Of a stretch of DNA of 64,000 nt, positions 22,861 to 33,796 are shown one piece after another. Position numbers and translations under genes: made by a program. The notes below the pieces were generated by a model that was given only the letters and a program-made list of their open reading frames with translations, was not told the DNA's origin and made no database searches. Within the stretch, counting starts at the first letter, position 1. Each line of letters starts with the position of its first letter. The DNA is from Callorhinchus milii (Eukaryota), in NCBI RefSeq assembly GCF_018977255.1, contig NW_024704743.1, positions 59,398,001 through 59,462,000 of the forward strand. Reading direction: 5' to 3'.

Positions 22861-24559
22861 GTGGTTTGAAGCTCCACATCGGGACTTTGAAGACATAACT
22901 TGTGGAGTCCTGTAGCTTAGGGGTTAGAGCACTCTTCTCGAGGGGACCTGGGTTCGATTCCCGGGAAATCCTCATTGGGCCTGAAATGTTGGGCAAATTT
23001 CCTTGCTCCAAACGCCTCTGTTTACCAAGCAGTAAGTGGGAAACCGGTTCTTTGTTGATTGGCGGAACGCTTTTCCGGGGGTAATAAACCTTTCCAATAA
23101 ATAAATAAATAATTTAGTCACTCAATCCAAGACGGTTTGTGGGACACTAACATATGATAATGTTCTCCCATAGAATTTAAGCTGGAAGAGTTACTGTATG
23201 AATAGGCCTCATTTAAGACCTGAATGTTTTCATTCATATTCACCAGGAATGGCTACTAATCTAAGGTTAAACGTAAAATATGGAGTAAAAGAAAATGTTG
23301 CATTAATTGGATTGCACACATCTATATGCTATGAAACATAGTAGTGTTAACCTAATGAATATCACAATAATTATTGCAAAAGATTCTCTTGAAATTTGAC
23401 CGAGTCAAATGAGTTTTGAATATCCTTTGAATTGTAAAGATTTGTTAGAATTATAACTCCCACATCTGTGCCATGCCCTGCTCCGCCTTCCCCCACCTCC
23501 GCAACATTGTCCGGCTCCGCCACTGCCTCATCCCTCAGGCCGCCAAAACCCTCATTTACATGTTTATTGCATCTAGGCTTGACTATGCCAACTCCCTGCT
23601 TGTCGGCCTTGCCAACTCTTGCTTCCACAAGCTGCAGATCATCCAGAATTCTGCAGCTCATGACCTCACCCGGTTCCACTTGCTCCCCTTCCCTCAGAGT
23701 TCAAACTCCTCGTCCTCACCTCCAAAACCCCATATCAACCTGTCCACTCCCTTTTCTCAGCAGGCTCCGGCCCAAATCCCTGACTGTCCAGCGCCTTGCC
23801 TTTGTGATGTGAAAGGTGCTATATTAATGTAATTTTGTATTGTATTGTACTGGGTGCTTGATCATATGGAGGATGCATTTGGCAACCATTGGTTGCTTTG
23901 TAGCTGTATAAAACTATTTGAGAATTATATTTTAAAAAATTCAATGAGATACATTATAATTGTTAGAAATAATACATTATAATTATTAGAAATAATACAA
24001 AAATAATCCCTCCAAGACAAAACAATGATAAATTGGTTATTTTCAATCCAAGACTGTTTGTGGGACACTGCTGTGTGCAATTGGCTGCCACATTTCACCC
24101 ACAAATATACAATCAATTCACTTTACAGTCTATTCTGTGAAGCACTTTGAGATGTCGAGAAGACGTGAAAAGCGCTATATCAAATGCAAGGATTATTATT
24201 ATTTATTATTAATTGCACAGCATTTTTTAAAATTTTATTCTGACCAAAAGAATAGGTAGATGTCCTGAAGATGTCCTGTGCTCAGTCCATTGTTAATGCC
24301 ACTCTTCAGCTGTGTGTGAGAAAATAGCAGGAATTTTCTTGTTTTCTCAACTTTCATCTTCATACTGTAAATGCTTCTGTCCAGTCTCAGTGCTCCTCTG
24401 GTGACCTGGTCTAATTCAGTGTACTGTACATTGATACTGTCCTGCCAATTATATTTTTATCTTCAATTATTTTTGTTTAGCATTAAAAGTGATTTTTATT
24501 TTGCAGACAAATGAATGACTAAAGTTTAAAATTGCTGAATCAAAATGTTTTCGCTACAG

Positions 24560-24717
24560 GGTGAAGAATGCCACCAGAATGAAAGATTTGCTGTCTCGAC
24601 TTCACTTTGTTCCTGTTCCTATCTATGCTCTGGGGAACTGGATCCCTGAGCTTTTCTATTCTTGGACTTGTAAAGGACACAATTGTGGATTCTCTCAAGC
24701 AATTTTCACTTCACCAG
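24560..24717 (+). CDS. PNGase F-like gene, exon 2: VKNATRMKDLLSRLHFVPVPIYALGNWIPELFYSWTCKGHNCGFSQAIFTSP
   Basis: Acceptor ttttcgctacag|G and donor CCAG|gtacaa; 158 nt, phase 2 to 1. Confidence 0.88.
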
Positions 24718-26657
24718 GTACAATCAATGAATTGAAATGCGCAATACTATTAGTTCTTGGGATTAATGTTTAGTTTCTTAGAGATGTCGCATCAGTTATT
24801 TATTCTGTCATAAATACCATTTAGTACCTCTTCATAGAATCTTTTCTGAATAAACAACTTGCATTTGTATAGCGCCCTTGACATAGAGTAGTATCTCTGA
24901 GTGTTTCATAGGGATTGGTTTGGACACGATGTAAGGGAGATTGGGGAGGGAGAGGGGTGGCCATAGTCATGTTCCTAGAGCAATTTTGAGATTGCCAACC
25001 TATTGTGAAACTGCAATAATTTTTGTAGTGGTGGTTTGAGTGCCAAACGTAGAAATTATTTCCAGATTTGCAATATAATTCTTAACTACAAATTATTAAT
25101 GAACAAGGAACAATAAAGTTAGATTCACTGACTTGCCGGAGGTATCTGAAACAGTGAACAGTAATGTTGTCTCTTTATGGTACTCCAGAGAATTTTTAGA
25201 ATAGAAGGGCAAGAAGTAAACTCATGAAGGCAGACATCACGGGGGAAAAAGGATATGAAGCAGATGGTGCCACCTAAATTATTGATGCATTTGTTTTGCC
25301 AAATAAAGTTCTGGTTTCTTTATGATGATATAATTGCGAGTATCTTCTGTTTTATGAAGCTGTTTATTCTGATACTTGTATTTAAGGCAGCTTCGAAGGA
25401 ATTGGCCATGTGGAAATGGATATTTACTGGCCAAGACATTTACAAGCTACCAGCTATCGAAAGAGCTTTATTTTCTATGACGCTGATTGAGACTACTGGC
25501 TGGTACAACAACAAAAACTTTGCATTTATATAATGCCCTTTACACGCTAGTATAATTGTAAAATGCACACATAAGACTCCTGTCACAAATGTAACAACAC
25601 TAGATTTTGTACAAAGCAAATTTGTTTACATAATTTTTGCTGTCTTCCTCAAAAACATGATCTGATAAATCTACCTTTCTTGGGAAAGCTGAATTATGAC
25701 TACCACACATGTTCTCATATATACTCGTAGCTGTGATTTGGAGGGTTAATATTCCTCCCTGCAGCCACTTCCTCTGTTTGCCACAAATTCACTTGACTGC
25801 TTTATCGTGGATTTCACAAATAGACCAGAGAAAGCTCTTTCTGTGCATTCTCAGAAGCTCAGGACGTTGAAAGAGATACAGTTATAATACACAAAAACCT
25901 TACCCTGCATTGGGACCTTGCTGTCCCTTAAGAGAGCCGTGAATTACTAGAGTGTCCTTTGTGCCTTCTCAGTGCGTTTTCACAGAACAGTGTCCCAAGC
26001 GTAGTTGATGACTGTAAACCGTCAAATGCCGCAAATATGTAATGGAATTTGCATTTTTTTAGTATTATTGAATAATGTAGGTAATAATGCATTTGATGAT
26101 AATAATCCTTGCATTTGATATAACGCCATATCACGTCGTTGCGACGTCTCAAAGCGCTTCACAGAATATACTATAAAGTGCATTGAATATGTGTTTTGTG
26201 GAGAAACGCGGCAGCCAATTGCGCACAGCGGTGTCCCAAAAACAGTCGTGGATTGAGTGACAAAATTATTATACTTTGGGGGGAGGGATTATTACCCTCA
26301 GAAAGCAATCCACCAATTGTCTATATATTGTATTTGATAGCCAAAATAATATTCATTACCAAATACAACAGTTTGTAAAGTTAAAAATAAACCACAAATG
26401 TTTATTGTGCCTCCCCCAACCAAAAAATGGGGAAAAAATGTAATAATAATCCTTGCGTTTGATATAGTGTCTTATCACGTTTGAGACGTTTCAAAGCGCT
26501 TCACAGAATATACTGTAAAGTGAATTGATTTTATATTTTGTGAAATGTAATAAAGAAATTAACTGATTGTTCATTGGCTGTGTCCTTATGAATGCTGCTG
26601 ATATGAGTGATCACTGAGTTAATATTGTCTCAGTAAATTCTAATCTATTTGTTACAG

Positions 26658-26836
26658 AATGGGAAATGATAGTTATTGCCAAGCGATTGGATGCCAGATA
26701 CGATTGGCTGATGCAATCCTGGAAATCAGAACCTTACCTTATCAAGAATGGTGGAGATGGCTGCAGTATTTCCTCTCATGTTAAAGATGCTGCAGCCTTG
26801 GTCTCTGATGAAGGGAATTGTTCACATTTTGCTAAG
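26658..26836 (+). CDS. PNGase F-like gene, exon 3 (start of PA domain): EWEMIVIAKRLDARYDWL...GGDGC...AALVSDEGNCSHFAK
   Basis: Acceptor tttgttacag|AA and donor AAG|gtaatc; 179 nt, phase 1 to 0. Matches the PA-domain pattern GC...LV..G.CS...K. Confidence 0.9.
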
Positions 26837-26974
26837 GTAATCCTGAAAATTCTTTCTCCTGATAAAGCCTCAATCATTTTAATACCAGATCTCCTTTGGA
26901 TATTAGTTAATGGTGTTAAACAACATCAACAGCTATGATAAATATGAAAATGTAATGCTAACAGAGCACTCTGC

Positions 26975-27385
26975 ATATGAGCACAGACTCGAGAAACTAG
27001 GACTTTTTCTGTTGGAACAAAGAATGTTGAGGGGTAACCTGATAGAGGTCTTTAAAATTATGAGGAGTTTTGATAGAGGAAGAAATGATTTCCACTGGTC
27101 AATGATTAAAGTGCATCAATTCAATATAGCTAGCAAACGGGTAGATTTGGAGAATTTATTTCACACAAGTAGCTAGGATATGCAATGCCCTGCCTGGAGT
27201 GGCGGTTGAGGCCAAATCAATATTAGCTTTCAAAGGGGAAATATTTAGATATGTTAAAAAGGAGTAAACTAGGGATATGGGGGAAAGGGCAGGTAAATGG
27301 GACTTGAAAGGTTGGCTCTATAAAAGACCCAGCACAGACACAGTGGGCTGAATGGCCTTCTGTGTTTTAAATTTCTATGGTTCTA
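26975..27385 (+). mobile_element. CR1 LINE 3' fragment
   Basis: RLEKLGLFLLEQRMLRGNLIEVFKIMRSFDR and a CR1-type end, gggctgaatggcctt...ttctatggttcta. Confidence 0.85.
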
Positions 27386-27761
27386 ACATCTTTCCAAGTT
27401 TGCCATTCATAAAGCTTTCTACTGAAGACCAAAAGTCAGATGAGGTACTGCAAATGTGCAGGCAAAAGATTGAAATAGAACATATTTTAGAATGAAATAA
27501 CAGCAAAACATAATTGTTTTTCCTTTAAGCGAGTATCAGGTTTTAATGTAAACTTGCTTAAGTCTTGTCTTTATAAATCGTATAAATACCTAAGTTGTAT
27601 ATTCACCCGAGTCCCATTCAGTTTCCTACCAAAACCACATGGATTTCTTAACACGATTCATAAAACGTGAAACGTGGGAAATGTCATCCTTACCCGGCGA
27701 TGCATGCGCACTTACCAGGCTGCATTCAATCACGGGAAATGTAGTGTTCATCCATTGAACT

Positions 27762-28066
27762 GGAGTCCTGTAGCTCAGTGATTAGAGCACTTGCCTTGCA
27801 AGCAAGAGACTGGGTTCAATTCCAAGGGCAAAACTTTGGGCAAATTTTCTTACTCCACACATCTGAAAATAATCCCTCCAAAACAAAATAATAAATTGGT
27901 CATTTTCAATCCACGACTGTTTGTGGGACACTGCTGTGCGCAATTGGCTGCCGTGTTTCGCCCACAAATATACGGTCAATTCACTTTACAGTCTGTTCTG
28001 TGAAGCGCTTTGAGACGTCTATAAGACATGAAAAGCGCTATATCAAATGCAAGGATTATTATTATT
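27762..28066 (+). mobile_element. Full-length DeuSINE
   Basis: ggagtcctgtagctcagtg head through tatcaaatgcaaggattattattat tail. Confidence 0.88.
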
Positions 28067-28443
28067 GACTTATGCGCAGGAGAACTTCATTTCCCGCGAT
28101 TCCAACGTTTGCCAGTAAGTGCGGTGACAGGGGAAGACGCATTGAATTGCAGGAAACATAGTCTTACCCCGTCACTGCATATGATTGCTCATTAAATTGG
28201 GTTTTCTACAACTTGTGCAGTTTGCCAGCAACTTGGATGTCACGCAAGACAGATTAAATGTTATGGTCACAACTGACTTATGTGAGTTTTACTGTGGTCA
28301 GAATATTCTATTTTTTATTTTGATTAAATTTAATAATAGTGTCTATCTAAAAGGTAGGATATGTTACTGAGATAATTGAGTTGAATTGAAAGGTGTATCC
28401 GGGATTTATGTTACGCAAAATAAAAAATATACAATTGCTGGAT

Positions 28444-29451
28444 ACAACAACAACAAGATTCCATTTATTGAGCGCCTTTCACGTCGGGAGGACGTCCCAA
28501 GGCGCTGTACAGTTGGGTCAGGACCCGAGCAGGGGGGAAATGGTCAGGGTGAGGGGAGGGAAGGGAGGGAGCGAGGAGGGGGTAGAGAGTCGAGAGGGGA
28601 GCTGAAGGCATGGTCAAAGAGAAAGGTCTTGAGACCGGCCTTGAAGGAGGAAAGGGAGGAGGCGGCGAAGGCACTGGGGGATAGAGTTCCAGAGCCTCGG
28701 GGCTGAGAGGCTGAAGGCCCGGCCACCGATAGTAGGGCGGTTGGGCGGGGGATGTGGAGCAGACCGGAGCCAGAGGAACGGAGGGTACGGGCAGGTAGGT
28801 AGGGGGATAGTAGGTCGGAGAGTTAGGAGAGAGCAAGGCCGTGAATGGCCTTGTAGGTGAGGATGAGGATCTTGAAATCGATCCTCTGGGGGATGGGGAG
28901 CCAGTGGAGGGGAGCGAGGGTGGGAGTGATGTGGTCGCGAAGCCTGGTGCGGGACAGTACACGAGCTGCAGAGTTCTGAATGACCTGCAGTTTGTGGAGG
29001 GAGGTGCCGGGAAGGCCGGCGAGGAGAGGGTTCCCATAGTCCAGCCTTGAGGTGATAAAGGCTTGGACCGGTGTTTCAGCAGCGTGAGGGGTGAGGTAGT
29101 GCCGTAGTCTGGCGATATTCCAGAGGTGATGGAAGGCGGTGCCAGTTGTGGCGCAGATATGAGGAAGAAAGGACAGCTCAGGGTCGAACAGAACCCCGAG
29201 GTTCCTGACTGGCTTTGAGAGATGGAGAGTGCAGCCTTGGATGCTGATGGTGTCAGCGCCTGAGGTGCGGAGGCGCTGACGTGAGCCAATCAGGAGGGCC
29301 TCAGTTTTGCGTACGTTGAGCTGGAGAAAGTTATCTCTCGTCCAGGACTCGATGTCGGACAGGTAGGCTGTCAGGACATCGGTGGTCGTGGAGTTGAGGG
29401 TAGAGGAGGAAAGGTAGAGTTGGGTGTCATCCGCATACATGTGGAAGTTAA
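28444..29451 (-). mobile_element. Young 5'-truncated L2-clade LINE (RT C-terminus plus 3' UTR)
   Basis: ORF MYADDTQLY...NFLQLN...VRNLGVLFD...RLDYGN...LQVIQNSAAR...LHWLPI. 3' end gggacgtcctcccgacgtgaaaggcgc...(GTT)n. Confidence 0.95.
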
Positions 29452-29760
29452 CCCCATATCACCCCCCATTCTCGCCCGATTCCACTGGCTTCCCATCACA
29501 GAGAGGATACAGTTCAACTTCAAAGCCCTCCATGACCTTGCTTCCCCCTACCTCTGCGACCTCCTAACCCCCTACCATCCTGCTCGCTCCCTCCGCTCAG
29601 TGGGCTCCAGCCTGCTTCACATCCCCCGCCTCGCTCGCCCCACTATTGATGGGAGGGCCTTCTGCCACCCTCTGCAACTCCATCCCACAGTCCTTCCGCC
29701 TCACACCCTCCCTTGCGTCCTTCAAGACCCATCTCAAGACCATGCTCTTTGACCGTGCTT
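29452..29760 (+). mobile_element. Older L2 fragment abutting the young L2 in opposite orientation
   Basis: Translates to ISPPILARFHWLPITERI...RSLRS, the L2 ORF2 C-terminus. Confidence 0.85.
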
Positions 29761-29981
29761 GCGATTACAATAAACTCATCATTTGTAATGCTGCACCTGG
29801 CATAATCTTATAGAGGAATTTGCCAAGTTACACTTCGCTACAGAGTTGAAGATGGTGAATATTCTTAAGGATAATAGAATTTTTGGTAGGTGTATTTGAC
29901 TGAATAGTTTTTGCTGTATTGCAATTTAAAAACAATATATCTACAGAAAACATATTTGAGAAATGTTCTCTGTTTTTGCAG

Positions 29982-30142
29982 GTCCAAAATATGGCATTAT
30001 CTGGTGCAGCAGGAGTCTTAGTTTATGTAGGCCTGGGTCAACCATTACAGGATATGAACTGTGAGGAGGAGGAATGCAGCAGTATTATAAATATTCCAGC
30101 TTCAATGGTGCATTTTGAGAAGGATGTGATCGCTGCAGTAAG
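29982..30142 (+). CDS. PNGase F-like gene, exon 4 (PA domain): VQNMALSGAAGVLVYVGLGQPLQDMNCEEEECSSIINIPASMVHFEKDVIAAVR
   Basis: Acceptor tgtttttgcag|GTC and donor AG|gtaagg; 161 nt, phase 0 to 2. Matches the PA-domain pattern KV.N....GA.GVLVY...IP...V. Confidence 0.9.
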
Positions 30143-31257
30143 GTAAGGTTTTGTATTTTTTTCTTACCATCTTCACGAATGGGTTGGATTTACTCTGATC
30201 CAATATAGTCACAAATATCATATAAATGGTTGCTGGAGCAGGTTGATGCTCTTCAATCCATTCCCTGGTAACCTGGTTGGTAGAGCTGGACAACTTCTTG
30301 TGGGGAAGAGAAGAAGTCAGTGCATCTCCATGTGGTTAAACTATCTGAGGATGTATCAGTGCCTTAGGCCAGGGTGGTCCAACCTTTTGGGTGTCAAGGG
30401 CTGGATGCCACATTTGAGAAGAAGCTGCGGGTGACAGAAGCAGTATTTTTGCTTTTCCCTTTCAGAAACATAAAAGAATCATACAGAAATCCTATGTTTT
30501 AAATTGTGATAACTATATTACTTAATGATGATCATCTCAAATGGAAATATATGCATCAAATTGTTTAATATTATTAAACTCAAAATATAAGATATCAATT
30601 CAGCATATGCAGATCCCTACAGAGAATGCTCAAGAAAACCAAAACAGATTAATCCATAATTGCATAACTAACTGTAAACACCTTCAACATAGAACAAGAC
30701 ACTGAGGTTTTCCATTACTTTCAATAAGCAAGTAATGCACTTCTCACTTACACTGAAATCCGCTATTTTCCGTATCTACTTTGCGTTTCCTCCTGAAACT
30801 CGTAGCGCTGTAGTTTCAGATTTGCAAAATACTCCTGCTTCTGCTCGCTGCTTCTCACCAGGTTACATGAGGTAGTGCAAAAAGTAATGGGGCGGGAAGA
30901 TACCTCCCGCTCTGCTCCGTCTCTCTTCCAGTCACTCTCTGCACTATCATATAGAGACCGACCAGAAGAGAGGTGCAGCTGGGAGGTAAAGCAATGAAGT
31001 CGGAAATGGTTTGTGGGCTGGATAAAATCATCCAGCGAGCCGGCTTCTGCCCATGGGCCGCCTGTTGGACCATGCTGCCTTAGGCAATGCCACTTGAGTT
31101 GACTTGAATTTAAAGCACTAATGCGAGGCGAGTGCGCTAACCACTACGCTATGGAACTCCACCACTTTAAGTTCTTATATTCTGATTAAATATTTAAAAT
31201 TCTTGGAACTACTCTCCTAGTAACTTTATGTTTTTTTTAATCTTTTTTAACAAACAG

Positions 31258-31398
31258 AGATGATAAACAAGTGAATGTGGTCTTACAAAATACACCTTCA
31301 TCTACTTTTTTCTTCGGCATTGATCTGGAAGGAAAGCTGTCAGAAATGGGCTGGTTCCTCTATCCAACATTTAAGTTTATGGTCTGGCAAGCTCAATG
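31258..31398 (+). CDS. PNGase F-like gene, exon 5: DDKQVNVVLQNTPSSTFFFGIDLEGKLSEMGWFLYPTFKFMVWQAQW
   Basis: Acceptor ...aacaaacag|A and donor ATG|gtaagt; 141 nt, phase 2 to 2, open frame. Not in the ORF track. Confidence 0.9.
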
Positions 31399-32454
31399 GT
31401 AAGTTTCTAATAAATGTTTAAACTGGCCTCTTTTTAACATTTAATGATTTATTTTTCTCTTGTGTTCTCTTCCGAATAAATTCACTTCTCATTATCAGAA
31501 ACACTTGAAAGATAATATTCAATAATTTTTAGTTGAAATAGCTCTTCAGAATGAAATAAAAATTCACTCTAAATTTAATACTTTTATATTTTAAATTAGA
31601 CCAACAAAATATACGGAAGGAACCCTGGTTCTCAAAAATGGGCAAATCTTTCATAGGTGTATTTGAGGGGGGAAGGTTCCTCTTTATCTAAGAAATGTTT
31701 TACTACCCCTTTTTCTTGGCTCTCAATACACACCGTGACCACCCCTGACTAGAGAAGTGCTATTTGTGTTTGTTATAATGTGAGCTTGCATCCTGATATT
31801 TACTCCCAAAATCCAAAATTTGAGTAGAGAGCTGTCCGGACTGTTTGAAATTGCCTTTTCTTGCTTTAAAACTTTGGTTGGCTTTTTGCATGCTAAAATG
31901 GCTGATTTTAAAGTTATCAAATGCACCGATATCGCTTCTTGTGCCAAACCTATCACTGGAAGCAGGTTGGCTTTTTGTGCACATGCAAAATTAATGTGGA
32001 AGCGTTAAATGGAACGTGGCTCCAGTTTATAACGCTGGTTGGGATTTTATTGTTCCCAACTCCCATTGTATAACGGGCTTCCAGTGTATTGCCATTTTTT
32101 AAAAAAATAATTTACTTTACTCAATTCCTTAATTACAATACAACAATACAAATTGACATATATATATAGTGCCCTTTATGTCCGGAGGACATCCCAAGTT
32201 GGTGGAAAGTCCAAGGTTTGCATCTGAGCCGGGTGGGGTGGCGGGGAGATGGCCGAAAGCACAGTAAAAGAGGAAGGTCTTGATGTATATTTGTAAGTAA
32301 TTTTGAATTCATATTTTTATACAGAAATGGAATTTGTGAATCTTAAGATATACTAAATTTATAACTTCCTTTAAGGAACAGTATATAATATACTTTACAC
32401 ATTTCAAGTTATATCCAGTGGAATTCAATTAAGAATTTTACTTAATTTCATCAG

Positions 32455-32576
32455 GTTTAATTATATGAGGGGTTTGGATGATAAACTTCAGAGACCGGCT
32501 ATCATAGTGAACGTGTTCAATGAAGTTTTAATGCAAGGAGATGATGGAGTATTCGCAACTGTTGAACTTCCAGAAG
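32455..32576 (+). CDS. PNGase F-like gene, exon 6: FNYMRGLDDKLQRPAIIVNVFNEVLMQGDDGVFATVELPE
   Basis: Acceptor tttcatcag|G and donor AAG|gtaaca; 122 nt, phase 2 to 1. Confidence 0.88.
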
Positions 32577-32929
32577 GTAACATGATTGACACTGTAATTT
32601 TGAGAAATTCTGTTTTAATTTCCCACATCAACCCTGTCTGCTCACTTACAACGAGCAGGAAGTGACGTCACGAGCAATCTGGTGATCTGGTAATCGGCTG
32701 GGATTTCAGTATGCACGCATGCATTACTGAAATAAGTAACTAAAGTGTGTCTCACTTACCCGCACAATATCGACAATGAATCAGTGTACAAAGCCTTTTT
32801 GAACACAATCTATGACAATTTAACCAGGTTCTAAATAATATTGAAACCTTGAGTCTTTTTTAAGATGAAGAAGTGATAAAAATAAATCAGAACTTTAAAA
32901 CGCATCATTAATACCTCTTTAACCCATCA

Positions 32930-33112
32930 TCCCCTGTCCTCCACCCCATTTTCTCCTTTGTCTTTCTTGCGCTGCCTCCCTTCTGTTAGTCCTTAAAATC
33001 TCTCCCTCCCCCCAGTTCTGACGAAAGGTCATGGACCCGAAATGTTGACCCACTTTCCTTTCTCCATAGATGCTGCCTGGCCTGCTGAGTGTTCCCAGCG
33101 ATCTCTGATTTT
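32930..33112 (+). mobile_element. Penelope-like element terminal-repeat remnant
   Basis: ccagttctgacgaaaggtcatggacccgaaatgtt...ccatagatgctgcctggcctgctgagtgttcccagc resembles chondrichthyan PLE-associated repeats with a minimal hammerhead core. Assigned from memory. Confidence 0.55.
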
Positions 33113-33488
33113 AAATCACAATTTTAATTCAATTTAACCAAGATTATATACTGATTTTCTGTTGTCAAAAATTACTTTGTTCATTTCTAAATGAGAACAA
33201 AAAAGAGGCACTGTTTTTCCCTTGATTTATTTTTTTCTTCAAATTTTTCAGACTTTTGTATGTTACATGTTATTTCTCAAAATAACAGCCTAGCATACTT
33301 ATCTAAGGAGCTACCTTGAAACTGCTTTAAAAATGAGCCGTAAACTTTCCTGTAGACAAAACATCAAATTTGCTGAATGTAATGTGGAGTAAAGGTATAT
33401 AAATAAGATTTCTTTGTATTCTTTCAGTCAATTAGGTTTTAACGATCTGTATAAAGAAATAAAGGGACTATTCTCCTTGACTATTCAA

Positions 33489-33796
33489 GTGGAGTCCTGT
33501 AGTTCAGTGGTTAGAGCGCTCGCTTTGCAAGTGAGAGACATGGGTTCAATTCCTAGCAGGGTGAAACCTTGAGCAACTTTCCTTACTTCACACGCCTGAT
33601 AATAATCCCTCAAGAAGAAAAAAAATTGGTCATTTCAATCCACGACTGTTTATGGGACGTTGCTGTGCGCAATTTGCTGCCGCATTTCGCCCACAAATAT
33701 ACAGTCAATTCACTTTACAGTCTATTCTGTGAAGCACTTTGTGACGTCTAGAAGACGTGAAAAGCGCTTTATCAAATGCAAAGATTATCATTATTA
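33489..33796 (+). mobile_element. Full-length DeuSINE
   Basis: gtggagtcctgtagttcagtgg head, Deu core and tail. Confidence 0.88.

Noticed and set aside
28823..29440. 205-aa reverse-transcriptase ORF as a functional gene
   Set aside because: 5'-truncated L2 copy that starts at the YADD motif, lacks the endonuclease and most of the RT, and has a premature stop.
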